A DNA stretch of 16,512 nucleotides from an uncultured archaeon (GTDB lineage Archaea > Asgardarchaeota > Thorarchaeia > Thorarchaeales > Thorarchaeaceae). The DNA lies in assembly GCA_964610875.1 (NCBI GenBank), contig CAZSWP010000002.1, positions 142,593 through 159,104 of the forward strand, written 5' to 3'. Shown here in pieces: positions 16,211-16,512 of the stretch. Positions within the stretch are counted from its first letter, which is position 1, and each line of letters starts with the position of its first letter. The position numbers and the translations under genes are program-made. A model generated the notes under the pieces. The model was not told the DNA's origin. It saw only the letters and a list, made by a program, of their open reading frames with translations, and ran no database searches.

Positions 16211-16512
16211 ATGAAGGATACAACACTTGTTCCTCTAAAGTATTGCGGAATCGATGTTTCCAAGTCAACTCTGGTGTGTGCAGCCATTGGTGACCTGGAC
16301 GAACACAATCGTCACTTTCTCCCTGGTCAGGCCAACGACCTTGGCCTGGTGGGAGCAGAACCTGTGATGAAGAAGACCTTCTCCAACTCATGGTCCGGTC
16401 TCGACAAGATGACCGAGTGGCTGCGGTCCATCGGGGTCTCTGTGGTGGTGATGGAGTCCACCGGGATCTACTGGTGTGCAGCCTACAGCTTTCTTGAAAA
16501 GGAAGGGGTCAG
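16211..16512 (+). CDS. IS110-family transposase/recombinase, N-terminal DEDD RuvC-like domain (truncated by the edge; not in the ORF track)
   Basis: Manual translation MKDTTLVPLKYCGIDVSKSTLVCAA...KKTFSNSWSGLDKMTEWLRSIGVSVVVMESTGIYWCAAYSFLEKEGV. GIDVSK and MESTGIYW carry the first two catalytic acidic residues. Confidence 0.93.
   Translation, partial: MKDTTLVPLKYCGIDVSKSTLVCAAIGDLDEHNRHFLPGQANDLGLVGAEPVMKKTFSNSWSGLDKMTEWLRSIGVSVVVMESTGIYWCAAYSFLEKEGV

Larger units (their letters stand above)
16018..16512 (+). mobile_element. IS110-family insertion sequence, left part (left boundary uncertain: about 16018 or about 15860)
   Basis: IS110 recombinase N-terminus preceded by a structured non-coding leader. 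GC is about 55% by my count over 16261-16500, versus about 40% by eye in host genes. Confidence 0.8.

Noticed and set aside
16045-16391. Minus-strand ORFs 16045-16308 and 16110-16391
   Set aside because: Antisense to the IS110 recombinase and its structured leader.
1-16512. CRISPR array, tRNA or rRNA genes
   Set aside because: No regularly spaced repeats, cloverleaf or rRNA-like sequence seen by eye in the intergenic gaps; tRNAscan-SE and Rfam were not run.

Overview
Archaeal chromosomal window, most likely Asgard. A Thorarchaeia-like origin is my inference from the Rab-type GTPase and the gene style. Gene order: 3'-truncated hypothetical gene absent from the ORF track (1-614, -); Rab-like small GTPase; alpha/beta hydrolase; phosphohexomutase (GlmM/PMM); a 140-aa coiled-coil + Pro/Ala linker + amphipathic helix protein; a complete bacillithiol-type cluster (bshB divergent from bshA-bshC); PLP aminotransferase; pyrF; a membrane protein translationally coupled to a Nudix hydrolase; a hypothetical gene; a HerA-like ATPase; trmI; a probable surface-protein remnant; and the 5' end of an IS110-family recombinase, also absent from the ORF track (16211 to the edge). 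Three signals stand out. (1) About 180 nt upstream of the IS110 gene folds by hand into a two-loop, bridge-RNA-like structure whose loop sequences match DNA sites at 16011-16021 (11/11) and 15851-15867 (14/17). (2) The 140-aa protein has a C-terminal helix resembling eukaryotic WASH-C / Ena-VASP F-actin-binding motifs. (3) An archaeon carries a full bshABC set with divergent active-site motifs. All folds and alignments were done by eye, and reference sequences were recalled from memory, so they need computational confirmation.
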